From Planktothrix sp. GU0601_MAG3 (lineage in GTDB: Bacteria > Cyanobacteriota > Cyanobacteriia > Cyanobacteriales > Microcoleaceae), in the NCBI GenBank assembly GCA_035193785.1, contig CP136572.1, forward strand, positions 2,164,578-2,228,577: a stretch of 64,000 nt of DNA. The letters run 5' to 3'. The notes beneath the pieces are model-generated. The model did no database searches and was not told where the DNA came from. It worked only from the letters and a program-made list of their open reading frames with translations. The position numbers and the translations under genes are program-made. Of the stretch, positions 46,372 through 59,206 are shown piece by piece (the stretch's first letter is position 1; every line of letters starts with the position of its first letter).

Positions 46372-47875
46372 ATGAAAATAATACAACGTTACTGTCTGCT
46401 ATTTTTAGATATTTTAAAGCATCTGGGTTCTGATTTCACTAATCTCAGGGTTAATCAACGGATGCGCCGAACCCTTCCGATATTTCTATTCAGTCTGATG
46501 GTGATTGGACTCTGGGGGTCGAGTCTAGTCCCTGGGGGGAAATTATCTTTTGGTCGTCCGGTTCTCACCGAACCTCTACCCACTTCCCAACAACAAATTA
46601 TTCATAGTATTAACGGAAATAATCCGATTACCAACATGGAAAAAACATGGGAATTAGACTATGAAACCTATTTTGGTAAAAATCTAACTGATAGTAAGCT
46701 ACAGGCTCCTGATATTGCTAAAATTTTAACAGAAATTAGCCAAAAAACCCAAACCCGACACGCAGTTCTTTGGGTAGTTCCTGAACCCGAGGGATTAGTT
46801 TTAGCCCTAATTACCCCGGGAAAAGAACCTTTAGGTTTAATTCAACCCAATGTACAAACCGAAACCTTAAAAGCGGAAGCAATTAATTTATTTCGAGAAA
46901 TAACCAATCCTCGAAATTTACAAAATCAGTCCTATCTGGAATCGGCTCAACGACTTTATGATGTGATGATTAGGCCCGTTGAAGCCCAATTAAAAGCAGA
47001 AAATATCGACACAATCTTGTTCTGTTTGGGTGATGGGTTAAGGACGCTCCCCCTAGGGGTTTTACATGATGGAGAGAAATTTTTAATTGAAAAATATGCC
47101 TTAACTCGAATTCCAGCTTTTAATCTGATGAATCTCAATTATGAAAGCGTAAAAGATGCTCTAGTTTTAGCTATGGGAGCCTCGGAATTTAAAAATCAAA
47201 ATCCCTTACCTGCGGTTTCCTTTTGAGTTATCTACAATTATCAACCCCGATGGCATGAATGGGGTAATCTTTCCGATGGGAAATCAGAGGGAACAAGGAC
47301 TGTGGCCAGGACAATTTTTTCTAAATCAAAAGTTTACTGTAGATAATTTAAGACGGCTATTATCCTTCAGTCCCTATAGAATTGTTCATCTGGCGACCCA
47401 TGCAGAATTTAAACCTGGAAAATCTGGAAATTCCTATATTCAATTTTGGGATGAGCAGCTAAAATTAGATCAAATAAGTCAGTTTAACTGGAAAAATCCC
47501 CAGGTTGAATTATTAGTTTTAAGTGCTTGTAAAACCGCCGTTGGAGATGGGGATGCGGAATTAGGATTTGCGGGATTAGCTTTTCAGTCGGGGGTAAAAA
47601 CAGCTTTAGCGAGTTTATGGTATGTGAGTGACACGGGAACTTTAGGCTTAATGAGCGAGTTTTATCAACAGTTAAAAACCGCTTCTACTAAAGCCCAAGC
47701 CTTGCAAAAAACTCAAATTCAGATGTTAAAAGGGAATGTCCGTTTGCAAAAGGGAGAATTATTATCATCCCGGGGTGAAGTGACCTTACCGCCGGAAATT
47801 GTCGCACAGGGAAATGACAATCTTTCCCATCCCTATTATTGGGCCGCGTTTACATTAATTGGTAGTCCTTGGTAG
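46372..47875 (+). CDS. CHAT domain protein; apparent frameshift at 47215
   Basis: VHLATHAEF, LVLSACKTA, ASLWYVSD and HPYYWAAFTLIGSPW. Confidence 0.88.
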
Positions 47876-47943
47876 GATAAAAAATCCTAATTGTGCCGAA
47901 TTTAGGGTAAGGTAAGTTAGGTGAAAAAATACAAACCAAACCT

Positions 47944-48567
47944 ATGTCTAAAACCGTATGGATAGCCCGCCATGGCAATCGGATTGATTTTGTCAATCCC
48001 GCTTGGTTTGATACCGCAGAACGACCTTATGACCCCCATTTATCCAAGGATGGTCAAATTCAAGCCCAACAATTAGCAAATCGTTTAGTGGGGGAAGGAA
48101 TTACCCAAATTATTGCTTCTCCCTTTTTAAGAACCGTACAAACTGCTAATGCTGTGGCTAAAAAATTGGATTTACCCCTCAAATTAGATTGGGGTTTAGG
48201 AGAATGGTTAAACCCAGAATGGATGAGTTATCCTGAAACATTACCCCCAGAATTTTTAGCTAAAAAATTCCCTAAAATTGATTTATCTCATCCTCTGGGA
48301 GCTCCTAATTATCCTGAAACTTGGAGAGATTGTTTAAAACGAACCGCCGAGACTTCCCAACGTTTAGTTAATCTGTTTCCCGAGGATAATTTATTATTAG
48401 TTGGACATGGTGCTTCGGTATTGGGAACAGCCATGGGACTAATTCCGACCTTAGAAGAAATGGATATTAAAGCCTCTCTTTGTTGTTTAGTAAAAATTGT
48501 TCAAAATGGAGATAAATGGACACTAGAACTCAACGGAGATACCGCCCATCTGAATTTTCAGTTATAA
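47944..48567 (+). CDS. Histidine phosphatase (phosphoglycerate mutase family)
   Basis: WIARHG, SPFLRTVQTA and LLVGHG. Confidence 0.9.
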   Translation: MSKTVWIARHGNRIDFVNPAWFDTAERPYDPHLSKDGQIQAQQLANRLVGEGITQIIASPFLRTVQTANAVAKKLDLPLKLDWGLGEWLNPEWMSYPETLPPEFLAKKFPKIDLSHPLGAPNYPETWRDCLKRTAETSQRLVNLFPEDNLLLVGHGASVLGTAMGLIPTLEEMDIKASLCCLVKIVQNGDKWTLELNGDTAHLNFQL

Positions 48568-50372
48568 ATTTAGTTGCATCTTGATAGTCTAATGGGTAAG
48601 AGAACAAGTATCCTTGTCCCCAAATACAACCTAATTTTCTTAGAATTGTAGCTTGTTCTTGAGTTTCCACTCCTTCCGCAATTACTGCCAAATTGAAACT
48701 TTTTCCTAATAATATAATAGTTTCAATTAATTTTGTATCATCGGGGTAATTAATTAATTCCTGCACAAAAGAACGGTCAATTTTTAAGGTATTAATGGGC
48801 AAATTTCCCAGCATCTTTAAAGAAGAATAGCCTGTGCAAAAATCATCCAAACATAAATTAACGCCGATTTCCTGTAATAATTTTAAGTTAGAATCTAGCA
48901 TTTGTGATAAACAAGTTTCAGAAATTTCTATACTTAAAGTGTTTCGAGAAATACCCGTTTCTTTTAAAATTTTTGCCACATCTTCCAATAAATTAACTTG
49001 CTGGAATTGGACGGGAGAAAAATTCACATTCATGTTCAACATCAGGTCAGGAAATTGCTCTTGCCAAACCTTTAACTGACTACAGGCTTCGCGTAAAATC
49101 CACAAACCCAAAGGATTAATTAATCCGGTTTCTTCAGTCACAGAAATAAATTGATTTGGTGCAATAATTCCTTGAGGATGTTTCCAACGAACCAAGGCTT
49201 CAACCTCTTTAATTTTTCCGGTTATTAGGGAAACAATCGGCTGATAATATAAGCAAAATTCCTTTTTGGGGATAGCTTTTCGCAGGTCTTGTTCCAGTTG
49301 CAGTCGGGCGTTAGCTTCCGCTTGCATCTGGGGATTAAAAATCTGATAACTACCACTACCTAACTTTTTAGCTCGATACATGGCAATATCTACATCTCTC
49401 AGAATATCCATCGGTTCTCGATAACCCATGGCACTCGAAGTAATACCGATACTAGCCTCCATAATCATTTCATAGCCATTAAAATTAAAGGGAAATTTGA
49501 ACTGTTTCCAGAATTTTTTCGGTTAGGGAAATTGGTATTTCTGTATCAGCTAAAATGACAAATTCATCTCCCCCCATGCGGGTTGCAGTTTGAGGTGGCG
49601 TTAAACAATCTTGTATGCGATGGGCGACACATTTTAACAGTTCATCCCCGACTAAATGCCCCAAACTATCATTAATAATTTTAAAGCGGTCTAAGTCTAA
49701 AAACAAAACTGAATAGCTTGAATCCGTAGCAATTAAATGTTTTAGTCGCTGCATCAACCAATCCCGATTGGGCAAGCCCGTCAAGGAATCATGCAAGGCA
49801 TTATATTCTAATAAATCTTGGCTTTTATACAGGTTTTCTAGGGTTTTAGACAGTTCAATTGTGCGTTCTTTCACTCGAATTTCTAATTTTTGATTTAGCC
49901 GTTGTACATCTGCACGGGCTTTAGCGTGTTCATAGATTTCCTCGGATAAATGCTGATTTCTTTGCTCAAGCATTTTGGTTAAACGTCCCAATTCTAAATG
50001 GGTTTTAATTCTGGCTAAAACTTCTTCCTTTTGAAAGGGTTTAGTAATATAATCAACCGCACCTAAAGACAAACCTTTGACCACATAACTCGGTTGGGAA
50101 AGAGCGGTGATAAAAATAACAGGAATTTTAGAATTTAAGGGATTTTCTCTCAGACGTTTATAGGTTTCAAATCCATCAATTCCCGGCATCATCACATCTA
50201 ATAAAATTAAGTCGGGAGTCACATATTCGAGTTTTTGTAGTGCACTTTCTCCATCTTCAGCCACTAAAACTTCAAAATTCGCCTCTCCGAGAACATCCGT
50301 TAACACGCCTAAATTAGCCGGGATATCATCCACCACCAGAATTGTACCCGACTCAGAAATTAAGTCTTTCAT
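48530..50372 (-). CDS. Response regulator-GGDEF-EAL protein; apparent frameshift at 49504
   Basis: REC (VVDD, LLDVMMP, KP), GGDEF, EALVRW and DDFCTGYSSL. Confidence 0.9.
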
Positions 50373-53255
50373 AAATTTACCTCTTTATATTGATTGAGCA
50401 TTTCTAATATTTTTTTCTCCCTAAACTCCCGGGCTAATTTTCGCAATTTTAACGCAAATTGTGAATATTGGGGAGCGGTTGCTTCGAGGATTTCTGTCTG
50501 TTTAATGATCTCTTTCAAATTTCCTCGCAACGCCAAATTAAACAGTTTATCTAAAACTTCCGGTGGGGGAAGAAGCAATTTTTCCGAAGTGGGTTCAATC
50601 CCGGGAACTGTTAAGGATTCGGCTTGATAAAGCCATTGAATTTGCAGGTGCAAGGATAATTTTTCTAACAGTTCTTCGGCTTGAACTGGTTTAGCTAAAA
50701 AATCAACAGCCCCCGCTTCTCGGCTTTGACTTTGATGTTCTTCAAACACACTCGCGGAGGAAACAATAATTTTAATATCTTGGAATTCTGGATTATTTTT
50801 CCAAGTTTTAATTAATTGAAATCCATCCGTTTCTGGCATAACTAAATCGGTGATTACTAAGTTAGGTTGACGCTGAATTGCTATTTTTAATCCCTCCTGA
50901 CTATTAACTGCTTCCATCACTTCAAATCCAAGGGGTGTCAATAAATTAGCAATCACCGAGCGATTTTCCCAATGTTCATCAATCACAAGAATTTTTTGGG
51001 TATTTCCTTGAAATCCAATAATTTTACCTTGATCATTTTGGGAGATCGTATTTACCCAGTTATTGGCTTCTGATACCTCTAAATCAAATCCAAAAATACT
51101 GCCAATTTGCAATTGACTGGTGACCTGTACATTGCTACCCATTAGTTGAATAATTTTCTGACTAATAGCTAGTCCTAAGCCCGTACCTTCAGCTTGAATC
51201 TGGCGAGATCCCACTTGTTCAAAGGGTAAAAATATTCTTTCAATTTCTTCGGGATTAATCCCTACCCCCGTATCTTTAACGGTAAAGCGAATTTTGTAAC
51301 TCACTTTATTAGCAAGATTAACCCTTTTTTCAATTAAAATAATGCTGAAATTTACTTCTCCAGTTTTCGTAAATTTAATCGCATTACCAATCAAATTAAT
51401 TAATACTTGTCGCAAGCGTTTTTCATCCGTATTAATAGCAATTGGCAAATCTGGGTCGGGTTTCATAGGAAAATTGGAGACTTTTTTGAGCAGCACGAAT
51501 CCGACAAATTTCAGCCACGGCTTGCAGAAAAGCCGGAAGGTGAAAATCCGTGGGGTAAAGTTCCATTTTCTGAGCTTCTATTTTTGAGAGATCAAGAATA
51601 TCATTAATTAAAGTCAGAAGATGGGAACCGCACTGGTAAATAATATCAACACCATTTTGTTCCCGTTCTTCTAATTTTGGGGAACGTTTGAGGATTTGGG
51701 CGTAACCTAAAATTCCATTCAGAGGGGTTCGTAATTCGTGACTCATGTTAGCAAGAAATTCGCTTTTGGCTTGGTTGGCATTTTCAGCGACTTCTTTAGC
51801 GGCATAAATTTCTTGTTCAGCGCGTTTATAGTCAGTAATGTTTTCTACTGTGCCTTCATAGTAGATAATATTACCATTTATATCGGAAATTGCACCTGCA
51901 TTTTCTGATATCCAAATTATACTCCCATCGCGGCGATAAACTTGAGATTCAAAGTCAGTAATACTACCGCGATCACTCATCATTTTAATCAATTCATTCC
52001 AGCGATTTGGGTTAACATAAGGTTGCTTTTTAATATGGTTTAGGTCGGCAATTAATTCGGCTGCGGAGTTGTAACCGTAAATTTTAGCCAGGGCTGGATT
52101 AGCATTAAAATATTGACCGGTGGGGGTAATTTGGAAAATCCCATGAATCGCATTTTCAAACATACTGCGATATTTTTTTTCAGCCAGTTGCAATTCTTTT
52201 TCAAATACTTGACGCTGTTGGCGGTTAATAACAAAGGCGATGAAAATACAAATTACCACCCCTAATACTAATAATCCAAACCCAATAATTTGATATTTTC
52301 TATTCAATAACTGGTTAATCCGATCTGCTAACAAATTATCTAATAAAGGAAAGGCTGTATCGTAAATTTTTAGTTGTGATTCTAGGGCGATTTCCGCTAC
52401 TTGTTGATATTTTTTGGGGGACAACTTGATAATCTGAGAATTAATAATTTCTTGGTTGAGTAAGTCAATAAATTTTTGAATATTTTCAAAGTTTTGAACA
52501 ATATTTGTTGATAATTGGGGCTGAATTTCGTGGTTGGTATTTGCTGAAATTTGCAATCCTCTGTGGACTTGCTTTAAAGGCGGTGCAATTAAACTTTGAA
52601 TAATTAATAGCTGGGCTTTTTCGCTATCTCTAATTTTTTTTTGGCTAGTGATCTTGACCCCTAAATCCTTAGCTTGGGCTGTATTTTCCAGGGTTAAGGG
52701 CAGTTGATTAACTACGGCATCCATTAAATAGTAACTATCCAAAGAGGGATCAAGAATTAGATTAGAAATATCTCCGATATGATCAATTAAAGCTAAAATA
52801 TCATCAATAATTTTTGTATGGATTTCTCGGCTTTTGGCAGGAGATAAATTAAATTTTTCTGTTTGTGAATTTTTCCAATTTTCCTTAATAGATGCCTTAA
52901 TTTCTAGCCATCGGGAGCTAACTTTTAGTTGGGGAGTTAGTCGCTGTTCGAGGGCATCAAGGTTTTGGATTGTCGTTGCAATCTTTTCTCCTTGGGCAAT
53001 AATTTCTGGTGCTAAAGATCTATCCCCATTAAAATACCTCTCAACTTTTGTGCGATAATTAATCATACCAACCAGTAAATTTTTCAAGGGATAATTATAA
53101 GCTAAACCCTGTTTTTCTTTTTGGGCAAATTCAATTTTATTATCAATTTCAGCAATTAATTGATAAACAACCACAGCAAAGGGGAAAATAAAAATCAAAA
53201 GCAATGTACTTAAATTGATAGTCTCTACTAGGCGTTGATACAATGGTTTATTCAT
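50369..53255 (-). CDS. Hybrid sensor histidine kinase (periplasmic sensor, PAS, HisKA, HATPase, REC); apparent frameshift at 51460
   Basis: [12 protein letters not shown] sensor motif, [25 protein letters not shown] and REC; its stop overlaps the ATG of the downstream regulator. Confidence 0.9.
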
Positions 53256-53524
53256 GATCTAATCGGGTGAGATAACGATGAATTGATCAATTGAGGCCCG
53301 TTGAGAATTTCCCCTGGTACTAGGTTAATATCAATTTATGCTATCTTGAGCAAAAAGTCTATGATAGGAGAAAGGGAAGTCTAGTTAATGTCGTCTTGAT
53401 TACATTAGGACATCAAAAATTAGATGTAATAGCATAGGATCATATTGATGAAATACCTAAAAGTCTATGGCCTCTTGCCCTTTACAAGAAAATTTTTAAC
53501 ACTGGTTTAATAGGATTACTCTAT

Positions 53525-55119
53525 ATGTCTCTCACGGAAGAAATTTTATCTCAAATTCCTGGAAATCCTTTCAAGGGTCTACAAAAAGCGGAGGAACTTT
53601 GGACGGGATTAAAAAACAATACTCTCCCCCTTCCTAATAGTATTAAACAGGATGCCCAACCCCTGGAAAGTCTGGATTATGATGTAGTTATTTGTGGGGG
53701 AACTCTGGGAATTTTAATCGGTGCTACCCTAGGGATGAAAGGGTGGCGAGTGGCATTAATTGAACGGGGAAAACTCCAAGGAAGGGAACAGGAATGGAAT
53801 ATTTCTCGCAAGGAATTAGAGGTTTTTATCGAATTAAATTTATTATCTGAGGTAGAATTAAAAACAGCGATCGCCACGGAATATAACCCCGCCCGTTTGA
53901 GTTTTCCCCATGGTGATGATATTTGGGTAAAAGATGTTCTTAATATAGGAGTTGATCCGGTTTATTTATTAGAAACTCTCAAAACTAAATTTTTAGCAGC
54001 CGGAGGAATCTTATTAGAAAATACGGCCTATCAAGGGTCTATTATTCATCCCGATGGGGTGGAGGTCACTGTCACCCAAATTCATTCCCCTCGCCTTGCA
54101 GGAGAGGGCTTAGGGGAGAGGTCAGAAACAATCAAAACCCGCCTATTAATAGATGCAATGGGTCATTTTTCCCCCCTAGTTCGACAGGCGAGAAATGGAC
54201 AAAAACCCGATGCGGTTTGTTTGGTGGTGGGAACCTGTGCCACGGGATATCCTAATAATAAAACTGGAGATATTTTTGCCTCCTTTACTTCTTTAAAAAA
54301 TCAATGTCAATATTTTTGGGAAGCGTTTCCAGCTAGGGATGGAAGAACAACTTATTTATTTACTTATTTAGATGCTGACCCCCAACGGTTTAGTTTAGAA
54401 TCTTTATTTGAAGATTATTTTAAACTTTTACCCGAATATCAACAGATTGAATTAAATCAGTTAACCTTTAAACGGGCGTTATTTGGATTTTTTCCCTGTT
54501 ATAAAAATAGTCCGTTAAAAATGCCTTGGAATCGTGTTTTTGCCGTGGGAGATAGTAGCGGAAATCAATCTCCGTTAAGTTTTGGGGGATTTGGGGCGAT
54601 GGTATACGTCATTTACAACGGTTAACCGATGGAATTGATCAAGCGTTAACTACCGATCAATTAAGTCAAAATGCCCTATCTTTATTGCAACCCTATCAGC
54701 CGAGTTTGTCCGTAACTTGGTTATTTCAAAGGTCGATGAGTGTGGGAATTCAACAAACTATTAACCCAGAACAAATTAATCAATTATTAACTACCGTATT
54801 TCAGGAGATGGAACAATTAGGAGAACCGATTTTAAAGCCATTTCTACAAGATGTGGTAAGGTTTTCAGCCCTAACTAAAACCTTGTCAAAAACGGCGGTT
54901 TCCCATCCGGGTTTGATTTTTAAAATTATTCCCCAGGTGGGGTTAATTAGTTTAATTGATTGGACAATTCATTATTGGAATTTGGGGCTATATACGGGTT
55001 TATATCCCTTTGCTAAAACCCTCGAACCAATGTTTAATAAATTACCCCTTTCTTCTCAATACTATTATTATCGTTGGTTGGAAGCGTGGAAATATGGGTC
55101 AGGACAGGATTATGAATAG
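53525..55119 (+). CDS. cruP: FAD-dependent oxidoreductase, CruA/CruP lycopene-cyclase family; frameshift near 54603
   Basis: DVVICGGTLG, GREQEWNISRKEL, IDAMGHFSP and QSPLSFGGFG. Confidence 0.65.
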
Positions 55120-55121
55120 GG

Positions 55122-55153
55122 AATTACGAATTACGAATTACGAATTACGAATT
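55122..55153. repeat. STRR (aattacg)n tract
   Basis: 4+ copies; the same unit recurs at 59315-59340 (inverted), 60848-60892 and 62605-62640 (inverted). Confidence 0.8.
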
Positions 55154-55340
55154 GGGAACACCAGATAATACTTATGGCTGTTTCATAAGTATTTACCTAT
55201 AGCGAGATTGCCTATTCCCTATTGCCTCTTGCTATAAAATAAAATAGCCCCTAGGATATAGAGGCTGGGGGGATATTTCTGTTACAATTTAAAGCAGAAT
55301 TGATCAGGTGCATGGGGATGCACCCGGCATCTAAAATGAG

Positions 55341-55601
55341 TTAAATAACTCCTAAACTGGATAATCCTAAAATCACACCCGCCCCTAAAATATGACCAAA
55401 ACTTGTGGTTGCTAAAACCGCAGGTAAGCCAAACCCACCGAACATATTAGGTGAGGGTAATTGAGGGCCAGCATTGGGCTGTTGGATGGAAAATTTACCA
55501 ATGGCGATCGCCACAATATTACACACAATCATCACAATAGCGATGGTGGGACTCCAGGCGTGAGTAACGGGCGCGGCGACGGTGGCGGCTAACAACATCA
55601 T
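55341..55601 (-). CDS. psaK: Photosystem I subunit PsaK
   Basis: WSPTIAIVMIVCN...LATTSFGHILGAGVILGL. Confidence 0.95.
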   Translation of the reverse strand: MMLLAATVAAPVTHAWSPTIAIVMIVCNIVAIAIGKFSIQQPNAGPQLPSPNMFGGFGLPAVLATTSFGHILGAGVILGLSSLGVI

Positions 55602-55781
55602 GGAAGGATCTCCTAAAAATTTTTAAAATGTACTCAAGGGAAATTAATCGTTATAGCTAAGATGTTTTACCAAACAAAGGGAATTGATTTTCGTCCTTGT
55701 AGCAATACTTAACATTTTCCGACTAAAATTGCTATCCTAGTTAAAAGAAACAGCCCAACTCACCAAACCCCCAATTTTAAT

Positions 55782-57003
55782 ATGACTGAAACCGCAAACC
55801 CGCATCTGTATCCTTGGTGGAGGCTTTGGTGGACTGTACACCGCCTTACGTTTGAGTCAACTTCCTTGGCAAAAATCGGAACAACCGGAAATTGTTCTCG
55901 TGGATCAAAATGACCATTTTTTGTTTTTACCTTTGTTGTATGAATTACTGACCAATGAACTGCAAACCTGGGAAATTGCCCCCGCCTTTGAAGATCTATT
56001 AAAAGATACCAATGTGCGTTTTTGTCAAGGAGTAGTTAGTCAAATTGAGATCGATAGTAAACAGGTTAAACTAGAAAATAATACAGTTATTTCCTATGAT
56101 TATTTAGTTTTAGCCTTGGGAGGAGAAACACCTTTAGATTTAGTTCCAGGGGCGAAAGAAAATGCTATTCCCTTCCGAACTATTGCCAATGCCTATCATT
56201 TAGAAGAACAGTTACGACGATTAGAAACCTTAGAGCAAGATAAAGTTAGAATAGCCATTGTAGGCGGCGGTTATAGCGGGGTAGAACTCGCCTGTAAATT
56301 AGCCGATCGCCTAGGAACAAAAGGACGAATTAGAATTATTGAACAAGCGGAAGAAATCCTCAAAAATTCGCCAGAATTTAATCGGGAAACAGCTAGAACT
56401 GCCTTATTAAATCGCCAGGTTTGGATAGACTTAGAAACCACGGTGGCGACGGTGGAAGCGAATAAAATTTCCCTAGAATATCGAGGTGAAATTGATGAAA
56501 TACCAGTGGATTTAGTGTTATGGACGGTGGGAACCAAGATGTCTCCGGTGGTGCGATCGCTGCCTTTAAAACACAATGAACGGGGTCAACTCATCACCAC
56601 ATCAACCTTACAATTAATTGATCATCCTGAAATTTTTGCCCTAGGAGATTTAGCAGAATCTCAAGACGCCGACGGTCAAAAAATTCCCACCACAGCCCAA
56701 GCCGCTTTTCAACAAGCTGATTATACCGGATGGAATCTTTGGGCATTATTAACGGGAAGACCCCTATTACCTTTCCGATATATTAATTTAGGGGAAATGA
56801 TGACATTAGGAACTGATAACGCTACCTTAACAGGTTTAGGCATAAAATTAGATGGTCAATTTGCCCATTTAACCCGGCGTTTAATCTATTTATATCGCTT
56901 CCCCACCTTTGAGCATCAAATCCGAGTGGCGTTTAATTGGATGACCAGACCTTTGCAGGATTTATTAATTTCAATTGATCAAAAAATGGGAGATAGAGAA
57001 TAA
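55782..57003 (+). CDS. Type II NAD(P)H dehydrogenase (NdbB-like); apparent frameshift at 55788
   Basis: RICILGGGFGGLYTALRL (restored), FLPLLYE, VGGGYSGVEL and TAQAAFQQA. Confidence 0.85.
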
Positions 57004-57065
57004 CTATCAAGGGTTTAAACCATTCCCAGATTTCCACCGTTAACCTGACTTTTAACCCACTAATT

Positions 57066-57791
57066 ATGACTAACCCGCAAAATTATAGGATTGAAAAACC
57101 CCGTGTGATTTTTTTAGATGCCGTTGGGACGTTATTTGGTGTGCGTCATAGTGTGGGGGAAGCCTACCGAATAGTAGCAGAACAATTTGGAGTTAATGCT
57201 GAAGCGGAAATTTTAGATAAAGTGTTTTTTAACTGTTTTTTGGCTGCTCCAAGTATGGCATTTCCGGGGGTTGATCCCAGTGAAATTCCCTCCTTAGAGT
57301 TTGAATGGTGGAAAGCGATCGCCGAACAAACCTTTAAAACCCTTGGACTCTATAATGATTTTACGGATTTTTCCGCCTTCTTTCAAGCTCTATATGGTTA
57401 TTTTGAAACCGAAAAACCTTGGTTTGTTTATCCCGATGTTCTCCCCCGGTTAAAATCTTGGCAAGCCCAGGGAATAGAGTTAGGAGTATTATCTAATTTT
57501 GATTCCCGATTATATCCGGTTTTAGACGCTTTAAATTTAGCCGAATTTTTTCAAACCGTGACCATTTCCACAGAAGCAGGAGCCGCTAAACCCAGTGCTG
57601 AAATCTTCCAAATAGCCCTAAATAAACACCAATGTTCACCCCCGGAGGCTTGGCATATTGGTGATAGTTTCAAAGCCGATTATCAAGGTTCAAAAGCCCT
57701 GGGAATACGCGGCTTTTTAGTGCATCGAGAGGAACTCCCGAAAGGGATTGTAGATGAATTTGAAAGTTTAGAACAAATTCCGATATCCTAA
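57066..57791 (+). CDS. HAD-IA family hydrolase
   Basis: FLDAVGTLF, SNFD, KP and HIGDS...D. Confidence 0.9.
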   Translation: MTNPQNYRIEKPRVIFLDAVGTLFGVRHSVGEAYRIVAEQFGVNAEAEILDKVFFNCFLAAPSMAFPGVDPSEIPSLEFEWWKAIAEQTFKTLGLYNDFTDFSAFFQALYGYFETEKPWFVYPDVLPRLKSWQAQGIELGVLSNFDSRLYPVLDALNLAEFFQTVTISTEAGAAKPSAEIFQIALNKHQCSPPEAWHIGDSFKADYQGSKALGIRGFLVHREELPKGIVDEFESLEQIPIS

Positions 57792-57976
57792 AGTAGAGAC
57801 GAGCCACGGCGCATCTATCTACAGGACAAAAGTAGAGACGAGCCACGGCGCGTCTTCTTACTTCCAGTAGAGACGAGCCACGGCGCGTCTTCCTACTTCC
57901 AGTAGAGACGAGCCACGGCGCATCTATCTACAGGACAAAAGTAAAGACGAGCCACGGCGCGTCTATATATAGGACA
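57792..57976. repeat. Tandem array of five GTAG-REP units (35-39 bp)
   Basis: AGTAGAGACGAGCCACGGCGC(A/G)TCT starting at 57792, 57831, 57866, 57901 and 57940. Confidence 0.88.
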
Positions 57977-57993
57977 CAGGAGTTACAAAAACA

Positions 57994-59206
57994 GTGGAGC
58001 ACCCTCGGAAACCCCCAGAAGAAACCCAGTCAAAACTGTTCATTGCCGGACTGTTCATGGCCCCTGTGGCCCGTTGTCCCAATTTATCCCTACGGTCAGC
58101 GGCGCACCCTGCGGACGGAAGTGGTTCCCCATCGGATTTGGACATTTGAGCAGGTACAGGGGATTCTGTATGTTGTAGTTCCGATTCGGATGACGGTGGT
58201 AAAACTAGAACAGGGGGGTTTGTTGGTTTATGCTCCCGTTGCTCCAACTCCAGAATGTCTGAATTTAATCAGAGAATTAATCGTAGAATATGGCGATGTA
58301 AAATATATTATTCTACCTACGATTTCAGGAGTTGAACATAAGGTTTTTGTCGGCCCCTTCGCACGAAAATTTCCTAACGCCCAAGTTTTTGTCGCCCCCG
58401 GACAGTGGAGTTTTCCGATTAATTTACCCCTAAGTTGGTTGGGTTTACCTGCAAAACGCACCCATATTCTGCCCCAGGACAGTCGAAATACGCCCTTTGC
58501 CGATGAATTTGACTATAAAATTCTCGGCCCGTTAGCATTAGGAATTGGACGGTTTGCCGAGGTAGTTTTTTTCCATAGGCGATCGCATACTTTATTAGTA
58601 ACTGATACTATTGTTTCTATTCCTAACACCCCTCCAGCGATTGTACAACTCGATCCCTATCCCCTACTATTCCACGCCAAAGATGATACTTTTCATAAAG
58701 TAGAAGATACGGAAACCACCCGACGCCGAGGATGGCAGAGAATCTCGTTATTTTCCTTCTATTTTCGTCCGACTGTTTTAGATACGATAGAATTGGGGGA
58801 TGCGATGCGGGAATCTTGGCAAGCACCCGACCGTTCAAAAAAAGCCTATTTTGGGATTTATCCGTTTAAATGGAAACCCAATTGGCAAGAAACCTTTGAA
58901 GCATTAAGCAGAAATGGGCAGTTATTTGTGGCGCCTATTTTACAAACTTTAATTTTAAATCGTGCCCCCGAAGAAACCTTAAATTGGGCAAATCAAGTTT
59001 CTAAATGGGAGTTTAACCGGATTATTCCTTGTCATTTTGATTCCCCGATTATGGCAACACCGGAGGAATTTCGCCAGGCATTTAGTTTTTTAGAAAAAAA
59101 TAATCATTATGATTTATTACCAGAATCAGAGTTTGAGTTACTGTTAGAAATTAATAATCTTTTAAATAAATTTAAGATTACACCGCCTTCTAAACCTAAA
59201 GTTTAA
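57994..59206 (+). CDS. DUF4336 family protein (metallo-beta-lactamase-like)
   Basis: RMTVVKL..GGL...PVAPT, EHKVF, TLLVTD and RIIPCHF; GTG at 57994 follows an AGGAG RBS and joins via GAAAC at 58008 or 58021. Confidence 0.75.

Noticed and set aside
57792..57976. CRISPR array
   Set aside because: The 'spacers' are only 10-14 nt and are themselves repeated; there is no leader or cas gene, and the core is a GTAG-REP palindrome.
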